Origin: Anolis carolinensis
Taxonomy: Eukaryota
Assembly: GCF_035594765.1 (NCBI RefSeq)
Contig: NW_026943824.1
Coordinates: 7,954,317 to 8,018,316 of the forward strand
Direction: 5' to 3'
DNA length: 64,000 bases
The notes under the pieces are model-generated. The model was not told the origin of the DNA and made no database searches. It saw only the letters and a list, made by a program, of their open reading frames with translations. Shown piece by piece: positions 1 through 11,480 of this stretch (positions within the stretch are counted from its first letter, which is position 1; each line of letters starts with the position of its first letter). The position numbers and the translations under genes are program-made.

Positions 1-750
1 AAGTAACATTGAAACCGCTAAGCTTATGTACCTGAATAAACTTCTTACTGGTTTTCAACATCCAAACCTCTGTTACTTACATTCTAAGCCAAGTTATGCT
101 ACCCTTTAAAATAAACGTAAACATCTCCCTGCGTCTTTGGTGGTTGCATCGCCCCAGAGAGCCACCTCCTCCTTCTGCAGACGACTACTGTCCTTTGCAC
201 CAGCTTTTTCTTCTTCTTCTTCTTCTAATAAATTTTTATTTATACATATAAACATACAAGCAAAACATACTAACATTCTCCAATAGTTATAGTCTCTCAA
301 TATTCTACACCCATTAAATGAACATGAACCAGGAGTGGCGGGGCAGGGCTGCCCTATGTCCTCCCCCCAAAATGGCATCTCCTCTCCTCCATTCTTTTAG
401 GGTGACACCCGGGTCTTTGTCTACGAGGTCCTCCCCGAGGCCCCCTTCTTCCTGGAGTGCAACAGCTTCATCTCCAACGAACCCCACAAGGTAAAGAGGG
501 AAGGAAGCACCCCCTGTGTTGACACAAGTATATGTAAAACAGAACTGAGTGACATCTCCAGGTTTGGGACTAAAGGGAGAAGCAAGAGGATGCCTGCAAT
601 GGAGGACCCAGTTTGTCTCTGCCAGTTTATGGGAGACCGAGCTGCCACGTCTTAGTTTCCGAACCCACTTCCCGTGGCCTCCCAATTGTGCCTCTTAGGC
701 TGCCCCCTTGTGGCTCTCCCTGGCATTGCATCGCAACTAAGAAGCCAAAG

Positions 751-1347
751 GTTGTTGTATGTCTTTCGGGCTGTGTGGCCATGTTCCAGAAGTATTCTCT
801 CCTGACCTTTCGCCCACATCTATGTCAGGTATTCTCAGAGGCTGTGAGGCATGGATAAACTAGGCAAGGCAAGGGAAAAAATATATATCTGTGGAGAGTC
901 CAGGGTGTGGCAAGAGTCCTTTGTCAGTTGGAAGCCAGCATTAATGTTTCAGTTAATTACCCTAATTAGCATTGGAAAGGTTTTGTCTCTTGCCTGGGGG
1001 GCATCCTTTGTTCAGTCATTAGCTGTCCTTGGGGCTCCTCTGCCCTCAGAGTGTTGCTTCCCATCTACTGTTCTGATTTTAGAGTTTTTTAATACTGGTA
1101 GCCAGATTTTGTTAATTTTCATGGTTTCCTCCTTTCTGTTGAAGTTGTCCACATGCTTGTGGATTTCAATGGCTTCTCTGTGTAATCTGACATCATAGTG
1201 GTTGGAGTGGTCCAGCATTTCTGTGTTCTCAAATAATATATTGTGTCCAGGCTGGTTCATCAAGTGCTCTGCTATGGCTGATTTCTCTGGTTGAATTAGT
1301 CTGCAGTGCCTTTCATGTTCTTTGACTCTTGTTTGGGCGCTGCGTTT
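751..1347 (-). mobile_element. Penelope-like element fragment (GIY-YIG endonuclease C-terminus plus pLTR)
   Basis: ORF 1012-1380 RVKEHERHCRLIQPEKSAIAEH...RLHREAIEIHKH resembles a PLE endonuclease; degenerate hammerhead near 800-841. Confidence 0.8.
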
Positions 1348-1413
1348 GAAGCCAAGTTTCCACTGCAAGAGGAATCTCACCTTTTTATAATTGTATTGTT
1401 ACCTCCTGAGAAA

Positions 1414-1670
1414 GGAGCCCCCAGATGGCGTAGTGGACTAAGTGACTTGAAGGTTGGGTTGCTGACTTGAAAGATGCCAGGTTTGAATCCCACCCGGGGA
1501 GAGTGCTGATGAGCTCCCTCTATCAGCTCCAGCTCCATGCGGGGACATGAGAGAAGCCTCCCACAAGGATGGTAAAAACATCAAAACATCTGGGCGTCCC
1601 CTGGGCAATGTCCTGGCAGACAGCCAATTCTCTCACTCCGGAAGTGACTCAAGTTGCTCCTGACACAAAA
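1414..1670 (+). mobile_element. tRNA-derived SINE (AnolisSINE2-like)
   Basis: A/B-box-like head; body shared with copies at about 25765-25990(+), 36965-37175(-) and 37495-37795(-). Confidence 0.7.
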
Positions 1671-1755
1671 GAAACCTCCTGAGAAACCCATTGGGTACCC
1701 TTCTGACGGGCGTGTCCTTTCTCTCCTCCCTTTGCCCCCCTCCCCCAATAAACAG

Positions 1756-1872
1756 GGCCTCCAGTTCCTGCCGAAGATGGAGTGTGACATCCGGGAGGCG
1801 GAGGTGGCACGGGCCTTGCGCCTTAGGCAGGGTGCCCTGGAGCCCCTGGCCTTCCGGGTCCCAAGGGTCAAG
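1756..1872 (+). CDS. CORO7: Coronin-7 internal exon (gene starts upstream of window)
   Basis: ag|GGC CTC...GTC AAG|gtagg; GLQFLPKMECDIREAEVARALRLRQGALEPLAFRVPRVK resembles the CORO7 C-terminal region. Confidence 0.92.
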
Positions 1873-2389
1873 GTAGGGGTTGGGGGGGCTGGGCATTGCT
1901 GGCGGGGGGGGGGGGGCTCTGCCAAATGGGCAAGCTGCCACCTTGGAAGGGTTTAGGAAGAGCCTGAAAACTTGGCTCTTCACACAGGCTTTTGAATAAG
2001 TACTGCCTACATGAATGTTAAATTCTCATACTAATGATTACCTCTGATCGGTTGCATCCGCATGGTTAATTTCTTGATTATAGCCTCAGGGTTCAACTCA
2101 CATTTTTGGGTTCTCCCCCATGATCTTATAGCACTTTTAACTTCCTCCTTGTTTACAAGTCTTACTTAGTGCACTTTTGACCAGCCCATCCTTACGTTTT
2201 ATTGCTGCGTCTTAACTTTGTCTTATTAATGGTTGTGATTTGATCGTATGTTTTTAATTTTCATTTGTGCGTTTTTGGTATTTGAGGTTATTGTATGTAT
2301 GTTTGTTTTGTATTTGTAAGCCGCCCCGAGTCCCTGCAGGGAGATGGAGGTGGGGTATAAGAATAAAATTATTATTATTATTATTTTAT

Positions 2390-3150
2390 TATGACACAGC
2401 AAACAAGATAGATATGCTGGATTTCGTTGCACAAAATCACAAGTTGAACACTTCCCAAGTGTCTAGGACTGTGTGCTGTATTTTCGGATGATGCGTGCAG
2501 ATCCCAGTAGGGTGGCCTTTTGCAGTTGGCAGATTGTGATTTTGTCAATGTCTATTGTTTCCAAATGCCGGCTGAGATCTTTTGGCACGGCACCCAATGT
2601 GCCCATCACCACCAGACCGCCTGCACTGGTTTCTGCCAGAGTCTTTGAAGTTCAATCTTGAGGTCCTGATAGCGGCTGAGTTTTTCCTGCTGTTTTTCGT
2701 CAATGTGACTGTCACCTGGGATGGCGACATCAATGATCCAAACCTTCTTCCTTTCCACAACTGTCATGTCTGGTGTGTTGTGTTCCAGAACTTTGTCAGT
2801 CTGGATTCGGAAGTCCCACAGTATCTTTGCGTGCTCATTTTCCAATACTTTTGCAGGTTTGTGATCCCACCAGTTCTTTGCTGCTGGCAGGTGGTACTTG
2901 AGGCATAAGTTCCAATGAATCATTTGGGCCACATAGTTGTGCCTCTGTTTGTAGTCTGTCTGTGCAATTTTCTTACAGCAGCTGAGGATATGATCAATGG
3001 TTTCGTCAGTTTCCTTGCACAGTCTGCATTTTGGGTCATCAGCTGATTTTTCGATCTTGGCCTGAATTGCCTTTGTTCTGATGTCTTGCTCCTGGGCTGC
3101 AAGGATCAGGCCTTCTGTCTCCTTCTTCAGGGTCCCATTCGTGAGCCATA
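2390..3150 (-). mobile_element. R4/Dong-clade non-LTR retrotransposon 3' fragment (CCHC plus restriction-like endonuclease)
   Basis: CRLCKETDETIDHILSCC zinc knuckle, then RHN...HNTPDMTVV...IIDVAIPGD...EK..RYQDL; both flanks are (TTA)n. Confidence 0.82.
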
Positions 3151-3504
3151 GTTTTTGTTGTTGTTGTTATTATTATTATTATTAAATGGGTAATCATTGG
3201 AGCAGAGGTGGCACTCTTCCCAAAATGGCCAACAGAGCAAGAGTGAGCTCTTTCCATCTACACCTATTTATCTGCATCTGTCTACCTATCCGTGTATCCG
3301 TTCATCTGTTCTATTTATCTATTTCCGGCATGGGCAAACTTGGGCCCTCCCTCCAGGTGTTTTGGACTTCAACTCCCACCATTCCTAACAGCCTCAGGCC
3401 CCTTCCTTTTCTGCCTCAGCCGCGTAAGCCTCCAACTGTGCTGTTGTGGCCCCCCGGGTATGTCTGTATGACCCTTGGGGGTCCCTCTCCCTTTTTCCCC
3501 CTAG

Positions 3505-3640
3505 AAAGACTTCTTCCAGGATGACCTCTTCCCACCGACTGCAATATCTTGGGAGCCTGCCCTTTCGGCCGAGGCTTGGCTGCTGGGCCAGGATGGCCAG
3601 CACCGGAGGCTGTCCCTGCAGCCCAAAGGCATGGTCCCAG
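3505..3640 (+). CDS. CORO7: Coronin-7 exon
   Basis: tag|AAA GAC TTC...CCA G|gtcagt; KDFFQDDLFPPTAISWEPALSAEAWLLG contains the coronin FQDD.FP motif. Confidence 0.93.
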
Positions 3641-4001
3641 GTCAGTGAAAGGAAGGGAATAAGTGAGGAAATGGAGGGGGGAGGTACATATAATATACAT
3701 ATTATATACATATAATATTCATAATATTGTAATACGATATTATACTAATAATACAATATAATAATATTAATTATATATTTTATATGTAGTACTACTAATA
3801 ATATTACAATATATTGATATAGTACAATATAGTAATTTATTGCCAGTATTGTACTACGCTAATAATATAGTATTGTATGTAAATTTAATTTGTAAGCCGC
3901 TCTGAGTCCCCTTCGAGGTGAGAAGGGCAGGATATAAATGTAGTAAATCAATAAATAAATACTCTCAAGATCCCATTGTCCCCATCCTATGTCTCTGGCA
4001 G

Positions 4002-4093
4002 TGAGTGAGGCCCCCAAGGAGCCCCCCAGCAGGAAATACGTCCCGTCCTCGGTCTATTTGGAGGAGAAGTCGGACGAGCAGAAGAAGGAGGAG
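4002..4093 (+). CDS. CORO7: Coronin-7 exon ending at a GC donor
   Basis: VSEAPKEPPSRKYVPSSVYLEEKSDEQKKEE; donor GAG|gcaagt keeps frame with the next exon. Confidence 0.88.
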
Positions 4094-4233
4094 GCAAGTA
4101 TTTCCCAGGATTGTTTTCAAGGGGGAGAGTGGGCACCATGAGCAGGGGTTGATAGGAAAAGGGGCCTATTTCTCCCCCCCCCCCCCCAAAGACTCCATAC
4201 CTGCGCCAATGACCCCTTGACCCTCCTCTGCAG

Positions 4234-4320
4234 CTGCTCAATGCCATGGTGGCCAAGCTGGGCAACCGGGACGACCCTCTGCCCCAGGACTCCTTCGAAG
4301 GCGTGGACGACGAGGAGTGG
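4234..4320 (+). CDS. CORO7: Coronin-7 penultimate exon (acidic C-terminal motif)
   Basis: LLNAMVAKLGNRDDPLPQDSFEGVDDEEW|gtaagg. Confidence 0.94.
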
Positions 4321-4481
4321 GTAAGGGGTGCCAAGGCATACAGAGACTCATATCATATCAGAAGAGACCCCCACAGACTATCCAGTCCAACCCCCTTCCA
4401 TCTGTCAGGCAGAAAAGCACCAAGGGGTGCTCTGGGGTGGCCCCTTCTTGCCTCTCAGCCCCTCTCTTTCTGTCTCCCTAG

Positions 4482-4487
4482 GACTAA
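4482..4487 (+). CDS. CORO7: Coronin-7 last exon, coding part (Asp + stop)
   Basis: Polypyrimidine tract then tag|GAC TAA gives the ...EEWD* terminus; AATAAA at 5103-5108 and 5253-5258. Confidence 0.85.
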   Translation, partial: D

Positions 4488-5716
4488 CCCAGGAGCCATT
4501 GCCTTTCTGCTCCTCCCCAAACAAACCCACAGCCATGGAGCGGATGTCCATCCAGCAGCGCCTCAAACGCCTTTTTCACTAAGAGCCTCTTTCTGGGCGA
4601 CGACTTCCCGACGGAGGCTGCCTTCCGGCTCTTGAACCCAGGCACAGGAGCAACGGTTCCCCCTCCTCTTTGCAGAGGCCCTGGGCTGCATTGGGGCAAG
4701 TGCTGGATGCCGGGCCCCCTTCTCTCTTTGCTTATAGCCTTTTCCCAGGATGCCCTTCCAGCAACTGGGAATACTGGAAATGCTGGCAATGCAGAAGGTG
4801 CCCATACCTTGCCCTGCTTTTCTCAGGGGCATTTTGTAAGGCCCAGGGAGGCCTGTTTTCTCCCCCTCTGCCCTTTGGCTCAACTTTCTGTGGCAGAATA
4901 TTGGAATAATGTGGTTTTTAATATTATTATTGTTACTATTATTATTAAAGAGCTGCATGTGGAATTGTCCTGTGTCTTGCCAGAGGGCCAGGCCAAATGC
5001 TCCTTGTGTCTGATGCGCTGCAACAAAGCCACTCTCTCTGCCTGAAGTTCCCTTTGGAAGGTTGCATGAAGAATGCTGTTGTGCCTTTCTTTCCTTTTTC
5101 CAAATAAAGGCGGTTTTGGAATATCGTGCGGACGCCTCCATTCTGTGGGGTCTGCCCCAAAAGGGTCGAGCCCTCAAAGAATATTTAGATGAGATCTTCC
5201 CCTGTTGGAGACTAGCCCGGAGGGGAAGTAAAGGAGAGAATTCCAACAGAACAATAAAACAAGCCTTTTATTATTATCACAGCTGATTATAAGGCGAAAC
5301 AGCCGTAGGTACCCACTTTAGTGGGTCCGTACCATGCAAATGGCCGTCGCAAACAAATAATTTTATATCTCGGCTTATCTAAAATTGACCAATGGCTGAG
5401 GGTCTTCCTCACCTTCCACACCTACTTGGCACAAGTGATACTGATGAGCTAACTTGTTTACTCTGATCTTTCTTCTCCCGTTGGAACTTCCTGGAGAAAG
5501 GCACCAGCTCACAGGAAGAGAGGGACATATGCACAGGCAAAGCTACATAGGCAATAGTTTACAATTTTCTGGCTTATGGTCCCTACACCCCAAAGGCTAA
5601 TGGGGACTCAGCTTCCATACCAGAGCTTTCCCAAACTTTTCATAGACAAGGTTTCCTTTCGTGATGTGATTGTTCAGTTTTACTCACAATGTCCTTCATT
5701 AGAAGAAATACGAATG

Positions 5717-5935
5717 TAGACACCTCCATGTGGCCATTGGCATGACTGCATGGAGCGCCGTTACCTTCCCACCGGAGCGGTACCTATTGATCTACTCACA
5801 TTTGCATGTTTTTGAACTGCTAGGTTGGCCAAATCTGGGGCTAACAGTGGGAGTTCACTCCGCTCCTCGGATTCGAACTGCCCACTTTTCGGTCAGCAAG
5901 TTCAACAGCTCAGTGGTTTAACCTGCTGTGCCACT
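5717..5935 (-). mobile_element. Sauria SINE (partial)
   Basis: Shares the GGTACCTATTGATCTACTCACATTTGCATG core with the other copies. Confidence 0.8.
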
Positions 5936-6069
5936 AGTTACTGTGAATTAGATACAGTGAAGACATGGCTCTTCATGCCCAGTGTGGAATACATCTCACC
6001 ATGTTCAAACAGTGGATGTGGCTCTTAATGAGATATGCCGCAGTATCACAGGATGTCTATGCCCTACAC

Positions 6070-6152
6070 CAGGGGTCCCCAAACTTTTTAAACGGGGCCA
6101 GTTCACGATCCTTCAGACCATTGCAAGGCCGGACCTTAGTTGGCTACCAAGC

Positions 6153-6212
<60 letters not shown>

Positions 6213-6318
6213 GAGGGTTGGCAGAGACCCTTTGGGCCATTGAGTCCAATCCCCTTCTGCCTTTGTGCACTGAAAGCTCAAGCACAGCACCCCTGACAGA
6301 TGGCCACCCAGCCTCAAT

Positions 6319-6361
<43 letters not shown>

Positions 6362-6880
6362 GTTGGAATAGATCCATTAGTCATTTAGTCCAACCCCCTT
6401 CTGCCTCTGTGCACCAAAAGCACAAGCAAAGCATCCCTGACAGATGGCCACCCAGCCTCAATGTTGTTAATCATCATCATCATCATAATACAGGGTTTTG
6501 GAACACAATACTCCTGACCTCACAATCGTGTTAAAAAACAAAGTATGGATTGTCAATGTTGCAATCCCAGGTGACAGCAGGATTGAGGAGAAACAACTGG
6601 AAAAGCTGACACATGAGGATTTAAAGATCTAATTAAGAAGACTCTGGCACAAGCCAGTCAAGGTGGTCCCAGTGGTGCCTAAAGACCTTGGCCTGCACTT
6701 AAACACAATCGGCGCTAACAAAATTACCATCTGCCAGCTGCAGAAGGCCACCTTATTGGGATCTGCACGCATTATTCGCCGATACATCACACAGTCCTAG
6801 ACACTTGGGAAGTGTCCGACATATGATCCAATACAACAGCCAGCAGAGTGTCTGCTGTGGACTCATCTTGTTGTGTTTCA

Positions 6881-6935
<55 letters not shown>

Positions 6936-7063
6936 GTTTTAAGAGAAGAAGAGACCCCTTGGGTCATTTAGCCCAACCCCTTTCTGCCCTTGTGCTGTGG
7001 GGGCCGGATAAATGGCTTCGATGGGCCGCATCTGGCCCCCGGGCCTTAGTCTGGGGACCCCTG
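6070..7063. mobile_element. Composite non-autonomous hAT element inserted in a Vingi-like LINE remnant
   Basis: TIRs CAGGGGTCCCCA...TGGGGACCCCTG; 8-bp TSD CCCTACAC at 6062-6069 and 7064-7071; contains (AAT)n, CR1-like repeats and an R4 fragment at about 6493-6880. Confidence 0.85.
6153..6208. repeat. (AAT)n microsatellite
   Basis: Pure trinucleotide run; others at 6322-6360, 6881-6933, 9054-9090 and 14751-14801. Confidence 0.95.
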
Positions 7064-7397
7064 CCCTACACCATTGGAGAAATTCTTCTTAGCTGGTATG
7101 ATATCCGTTATGAAGTAGCAACCAGCATGAAAGGAGCAAGGGATTGACGTCTCCCGCCCATCCTCTGTTCGAGTATCAGTCAGCATGCCAATTATTTGAA
7201 TCAAGAAACAGAGATACAGGAACACCTCAGCAAGTGAGAGTCCAAAAGTGGCAGGCTAAAACCTCTGATGTACAGAGATACAGGAACACCTCAGCAAGTG
7301 AGAGTCCAAAAGTGGCAGGCTAAAACCTCAATCAGTGGTTGATACCGGATGAGAAACTCCCTCCTGGGCACACAGAAAACTGGGCAACTTTGCCACC

Positions 7398-7590
7398 CAG
7401 GTAAGGGCAAACTTGGGTCCTCCAGGTGTTTGGGACTTCAACTCCAAGCATGCCTCACAGCCTCAGGCCCCTTCCTTTCCCCCCTCAGCCGCTTAAGCGG
7501 CTGAGGGGGAAAAGGAAGAGCCTGAGGCTGTGAGGCATGCTGGGAATTGAAGTCCAAGACACCTGGAGGACTCAAGTTTGCTCATGCCTG
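7398..7590. mobile_element. Palindromic hAT-type MITE (about 190 bp)
   Basis: Near-perfect inverted repeat centred on CAGCCGCTTAAGCGGCTG; ends CAGG...CCTG. Confidence 0.8.
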
Positions 7591-7734
7591 TTTTAAGATC
7601 ACTGTGCTTCCTCTTCCGGCCACGAGGGGCCGCTGCGGCTTCCACTGGCACCCCGGCGGCTGCTTCCGGCACTAAGAACCTCCTCTCTCCGGCACAGCTC
7701 TGTGGTAATTTCCGGCCGCGGCCCAGGGACAGAC

Positions 7735-7737
7735 ATG
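7735..7737 (+). CDS. PAM16: PAM16/MAGMAS exon 1 (ATG only)
   Basis: gacATG|gtgagg in a CpG-rich region; phase 0 into the AKYLAQ exon. Confidence 0.85.
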
Positions 7738-7852
7738 GTGAGGCTGAGGGAAGGGGCCCCGGGTCTCTTGCCTGGTTTGGGGGGCTACCGGGAAGGCGGG
7801 CCTTGACTTGACAGCCCCCGTTCTCTTCCTCCTCCTCCTCCCTGCCTTTTAG

Positions 7853-7937
7853 GCCAAGTACCTGGCGCAGATCGTGCTGGTGGGCCTCCAGGTGGTGGGC
7901 AGGGCCTTCACCCGGGCGCTGAAGCAGGAGTTCGCAG
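7853..7937 (+). CDS. PAM16: PAM16 exon 2
   Basis: [28 protein letters not shown] with ag/gt boundaries. Confidence 0.95.
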
Positions 7938-8285
7938 GTCAGTTCCGGGGAAATAAGGCCGAAAGAGGGGACTGCGGCGTCCTCTCCTCTGCGCATGCGC
8001 GGTACCGCAGAGAGGCGCCTCTGACATCACATGGAGGGGCGCAATTGGTGTGAAGCCCCGCAAGCGCCACCTCGAGGCCTGAAGCCTCTCTGCAGAAACT
8101 CATGGCGGGGTGATCAGAGCTTCTTACCTTGCTGCACAGCCTTGGGGCCTCCATCTCCCAGAATCTCCCCTTGCCATCTTGTCCAGTGCTCAGGAATTCT
8201 GGCAGCTGGAGTCCCAAAAGGCTGTGCAAGTTTGTCTTATAGCTCTATTATAATTATTGCCTGTCATATAGACAGCCCTGTCTTA

Positions 8286-8610
8286 AGGTAAAGGTTTTCC
8301 CCTGACGTTAAGTCCAGTCATGTCTGACTGGGGGTTGGTGCTCATCTCCATTTCTAAGCCGAAGAGCCGGCGTTGTCCATAGACATCTCCAGGTCATGTG
8401 GCCGGCATGACTGCATGGAGCGCCGTTACCTTCCCGCCGGAGCCGTACCTATTGATCTACTCACATTGGCATGCTTTCAAACTGCTAGGTTGGCAGGAGC
8501 TGGGGCTAATAGTGGGCGCTCATTCCGCTCCCGGGATTTGAACCTGGGACCTTTTGGTCCGCAAGTTCAGCAGCTCAGCGCGTTAACACAGTGTGCCACC
8601 AGGAGCCCTT
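8286..8610 (-). mobile_element. Sauria SINE, full length
   Basis: TSD GCCCTGTCTTA at 8275-8285 and 8611-8621; ACCTTT-type tail. Confidence 0.88.
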
Positions 8611-8821
8611 GCCCTGTCTTATAGGTCAATTATTATAATTGGCTGCGCTGGCCTTTCTTATAGGTCAGTTATTATTACTATTGACTGTGCAAGTTTAATT
8701 CTCTTTATGCTGGTCATGGACCGTAACAAAGTCTTGATTGATTGACTGATATAGGTTAATTACTATTACTATTGGCTATGCAGGCCTGTCTTATAGGTCA
8801 ATTATTATTATTATGATTTTA

Positions 8822-9048
8822 TTATGACACAGCAAACAAGATAGATATGCTGGATTTCGTATCACAAAATCACAAGTCGAACACTTCCCAAGTGTCTAGG
8901 ACTGTGTGATGTATTTTCGGATGATGCGTGCAGATCCCAGCAGGGTGGCCTTTTGCAGTTGGCAGATCGTAATTTTGTCAATGTCTATTGTTTCCAAATG
9001 CCGGCTGAGATCTTTTGGCACGGCACCCAGTGTGCCGATCACCACCGA
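8822..9048 (-). mobile_element. R4/Dong LINE 3' fragment
   Basis: Near identical to 2390-2612; flanked by (ATT)n; shorter copies at 9265-9441 and 17645-17795. Confidence 0.8.
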
Positions 9049-9051
9049 GAC

Positions 9052-9091
<40 letters not shown>

Positions 9092-9441
9092 GACTGTGCA
9101 GGCCTTTCTCATAGGTCTATTATTACTATTTGTCTATGTATGTACTATGTATGTACTTAGTATGTTATATTTTAACTATGTCAAGTTGGGCTCGTCCCCA
9201 TGTAAGCCGCCCCGAGTTCCCTTGGGGAGATGGAGGCGAGGTACAAAAATAGTTACTATTATTATTGACACAACAACATTGTATGACACACCAAACAAGA
9301 TAGATCTGCTGGATTTCGTTTCACAAAATCACAAGTTGAACACTTCCCAAGTGTCTAGGACTGTGTGATGTATTTTCGGATGATGTGCGCAGATCCCAGC
9401 AGGGTGGCCTTTTGCAGTTGGCAGATTGTAATTTTGTCAAT

Positions 9442-9763
9442 GCCCCGGTGGTGAAGTGTGTTAAAGCACTGAGCTGCTGAACTTGCAGACCGAAAGGTCG
9501 CAGGTTCAAATCCCGGGAGTGGAGTGAGTTCCCGCTGTTAGCTCCAACTCCTGCCAACCTAGCAGTTCGAAAACATGCCAATGTGAGTAGATCAATAGGT
9601 ACCGCTCCGGCGGGAAGGTAAGGGCGCTCCATGCAGTCATGCCGGCCACATGACCTTGGAGGTGTCTACAGACAACGCCGGCTCTTCGGCTTAGAAATGG
9701 AGGTGAGCACCAATCCACAGAGTCGGTCATGACTGGACTTAACGTCAGGGGAAAACCTTTACC
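9442..9763 (+). mobile_element. Sauria SINE
   Basis: Nearly full body ending GGGGAAAACCTTTACCT. Confidence 0.88.
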
Positions 9764-10296
9764 TATGTACTATGTATGTACTTAGTATGTTATATTTTAT
9801 ATTTTAACTATGTCAATTGGGCTCATCCCCATGTAAGCCGCCCCGAGTTCCCTTGAGGAGATGGAGGTGAGGTACAAAAATAAAGTTGTTATTATTGTTA
9901 TTATTAGGTATGCAGTATTATAGGACACAGTTTCATGCCTTCGTATTGCTCTTGCTTAGTTTTTCTTTGTTTTTTTAAGAGTCACTGGTTTTGTCAAGGT
10001 TTCGGGCAGTTTAGCTACAATATTGTGATCTGGAAAGACACCAAGTGATTCGTGTGTTTTTCTAGCTTTTGTATTGCTTTACCTGGGGGAAAAGGCAGGA
10101 AGGCCCTGCATTCAGAGCCTGGAAGAGGGTACTTTGTGAGAGAAGGGGGTCTTGCTCTTGGTTGATTCCTTATAGTTCTGTGCTGAGTGTTCTCCAGGGA
10201 TCCCAAATACCTCTGTTCTACATGATGGTGCCTAGCTTGGCAGCATTAGACTTAGCATTAGAGGCCTAACTGTGTCCCGGCCGTCTTCCCCAACAG

Positions 10297-10439
10297 CCAG
10301 CCAAGCGGCAGCCAACGCCCGGGGACAAGCGGGACCCCGATCCTCCTCTGCCGCAGCCTCCAGCCTCTCCGGGATCAGCCTCCAAGAGGCCCAGCAGATC
10401 CTCAACGTCTCCAGGCTCAACCCAGAGGAGATCCAGAAG
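10297..10439 (+). CDS. PAM16: PAM16 exon 3
   Basis: [10 protein letters not shown]...[23 protein letters not shown]|gtgagg (J-like domain). Confidence 0.95.
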
Positions 10440-10719
10440 GTGAGGTGGGCATGTTTGGGGAAAGAGAAGGGCATTGTTTTCCTTTAGATGGAAGCCCCCC
10501 TTGAGCCACTCCTGCAACGTAGACCTGTGTACCTTTCCCCTCTTTGGCTGCTTCTGGCCTCTACTTTCTTCACACTTTTCCTAGTAGAATGGAAAGGATG
10601 AAAGGGATTCTAGTGTCCAGACTGAGGGACCGCTCTCTTCTGCTTTGGTCAGACCTTCTCCTTGGAATAATAACCCTGTGTCCAATTCAAGAGGGATACT
10701 GACAAGATGGAAGGGGTGC

Positions 10720-11060
10720 AGAGGAAGAGGTGACTGGAGAGCATACATGATAGCCATGTTAAAATATTTGAAAGGATGCCACAAGGAAGAGCAAGGAGAC
10801 TTGTTTTCTGCTGCCCTGGAGAATAGGACTCAATGGGTCCGAATTACCTCCCGCTTGACTATTAGGAAAAACTTCCTGAGCTATTTCAACAGAGTAGTTC
10901 TCTGCTTTGGAGTCTGGTGGAAATTCCTTCTTTTGGGGACTTTTAAACACAGTCTGGGTGGCCATCTGTCAGGGCGCTCTGATTGTGCTTCTCCTGTATA
11001 GTTGGAGTGGATGGCTCTTGAGAGTCTCTTCCAACTCTGCGATTCTATGGCATAGGATTC
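10720..11060 (+). mobile_element. Old CR1 LINE 3' end
   Basis: Translates to MIAMLKYLKGCHKEEQGDLFS...IRKNFL; ATTCTATG tail motif. Confidence 0.7.
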
Positions 11061-11414
11061 ATTGCACACCCCACCAAAGGTCTCCACATGCCATCCCATG
11101 GCTTTGCCGTCGCACAGCTACAGCTCCCAGGTGGGCCATGCAAGTTACATCCTCACCACTCTTGCAGAACCCTAGGACCTGTAGTTTGCAGGAGGAATTT
11201 AGGGTTCTGTGCCTTACCAATCTCAGGACTCTTGGTTGGGAGGAACTGGGCTTGTGGGTCTGGTCTGATCCATGGGAAGGGACCTCTTTTGCTGTGTTCA
11301 GGGACCCCTCCTAATCCAGTCTTCCCCCAAAGGGCTATCCTTCCTCATCTGGGGATGTCCCTTTTGGATATCAAACTGTTAATGAGAACCAACCCATTGC
11401 TTTTTCCATGGCAG

Positions 11415-11480
11415 AACTACGAACACTTGTTCAAGGTGAACGACAAGTCGGTGGGTGGCTCCTTCTACCTGCAGTCCAAG
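11415..11480 (+). CDS. PAM16: PAM16 exon 4
   Basis: [22 protein letters not shown]|gtgagt. Confidence 0.96.

Larger units (their letters stand above)
7595..8010 (+). promoter_or_regulatory. PAM16 CpG-island promoter
   Basis: Several ETS/GABP-type TTCCGG motifs in 7607-7720; NRF1-type TGCGCATGCGCG at 7990-8001; typical of nuclear-encoded mitochondrial genes. Confidence 0.65.

Noticed and set aside
5280-5470. CTGAT...GCGAAAC motif, a small hairpin and TGATGA...CTGA, suggesting a ribozyme or C/D snoRNA
   Set aside because: Hammerhead core incomplete; C-to-D box spacing only about 15 nt; probably a decayed repeat
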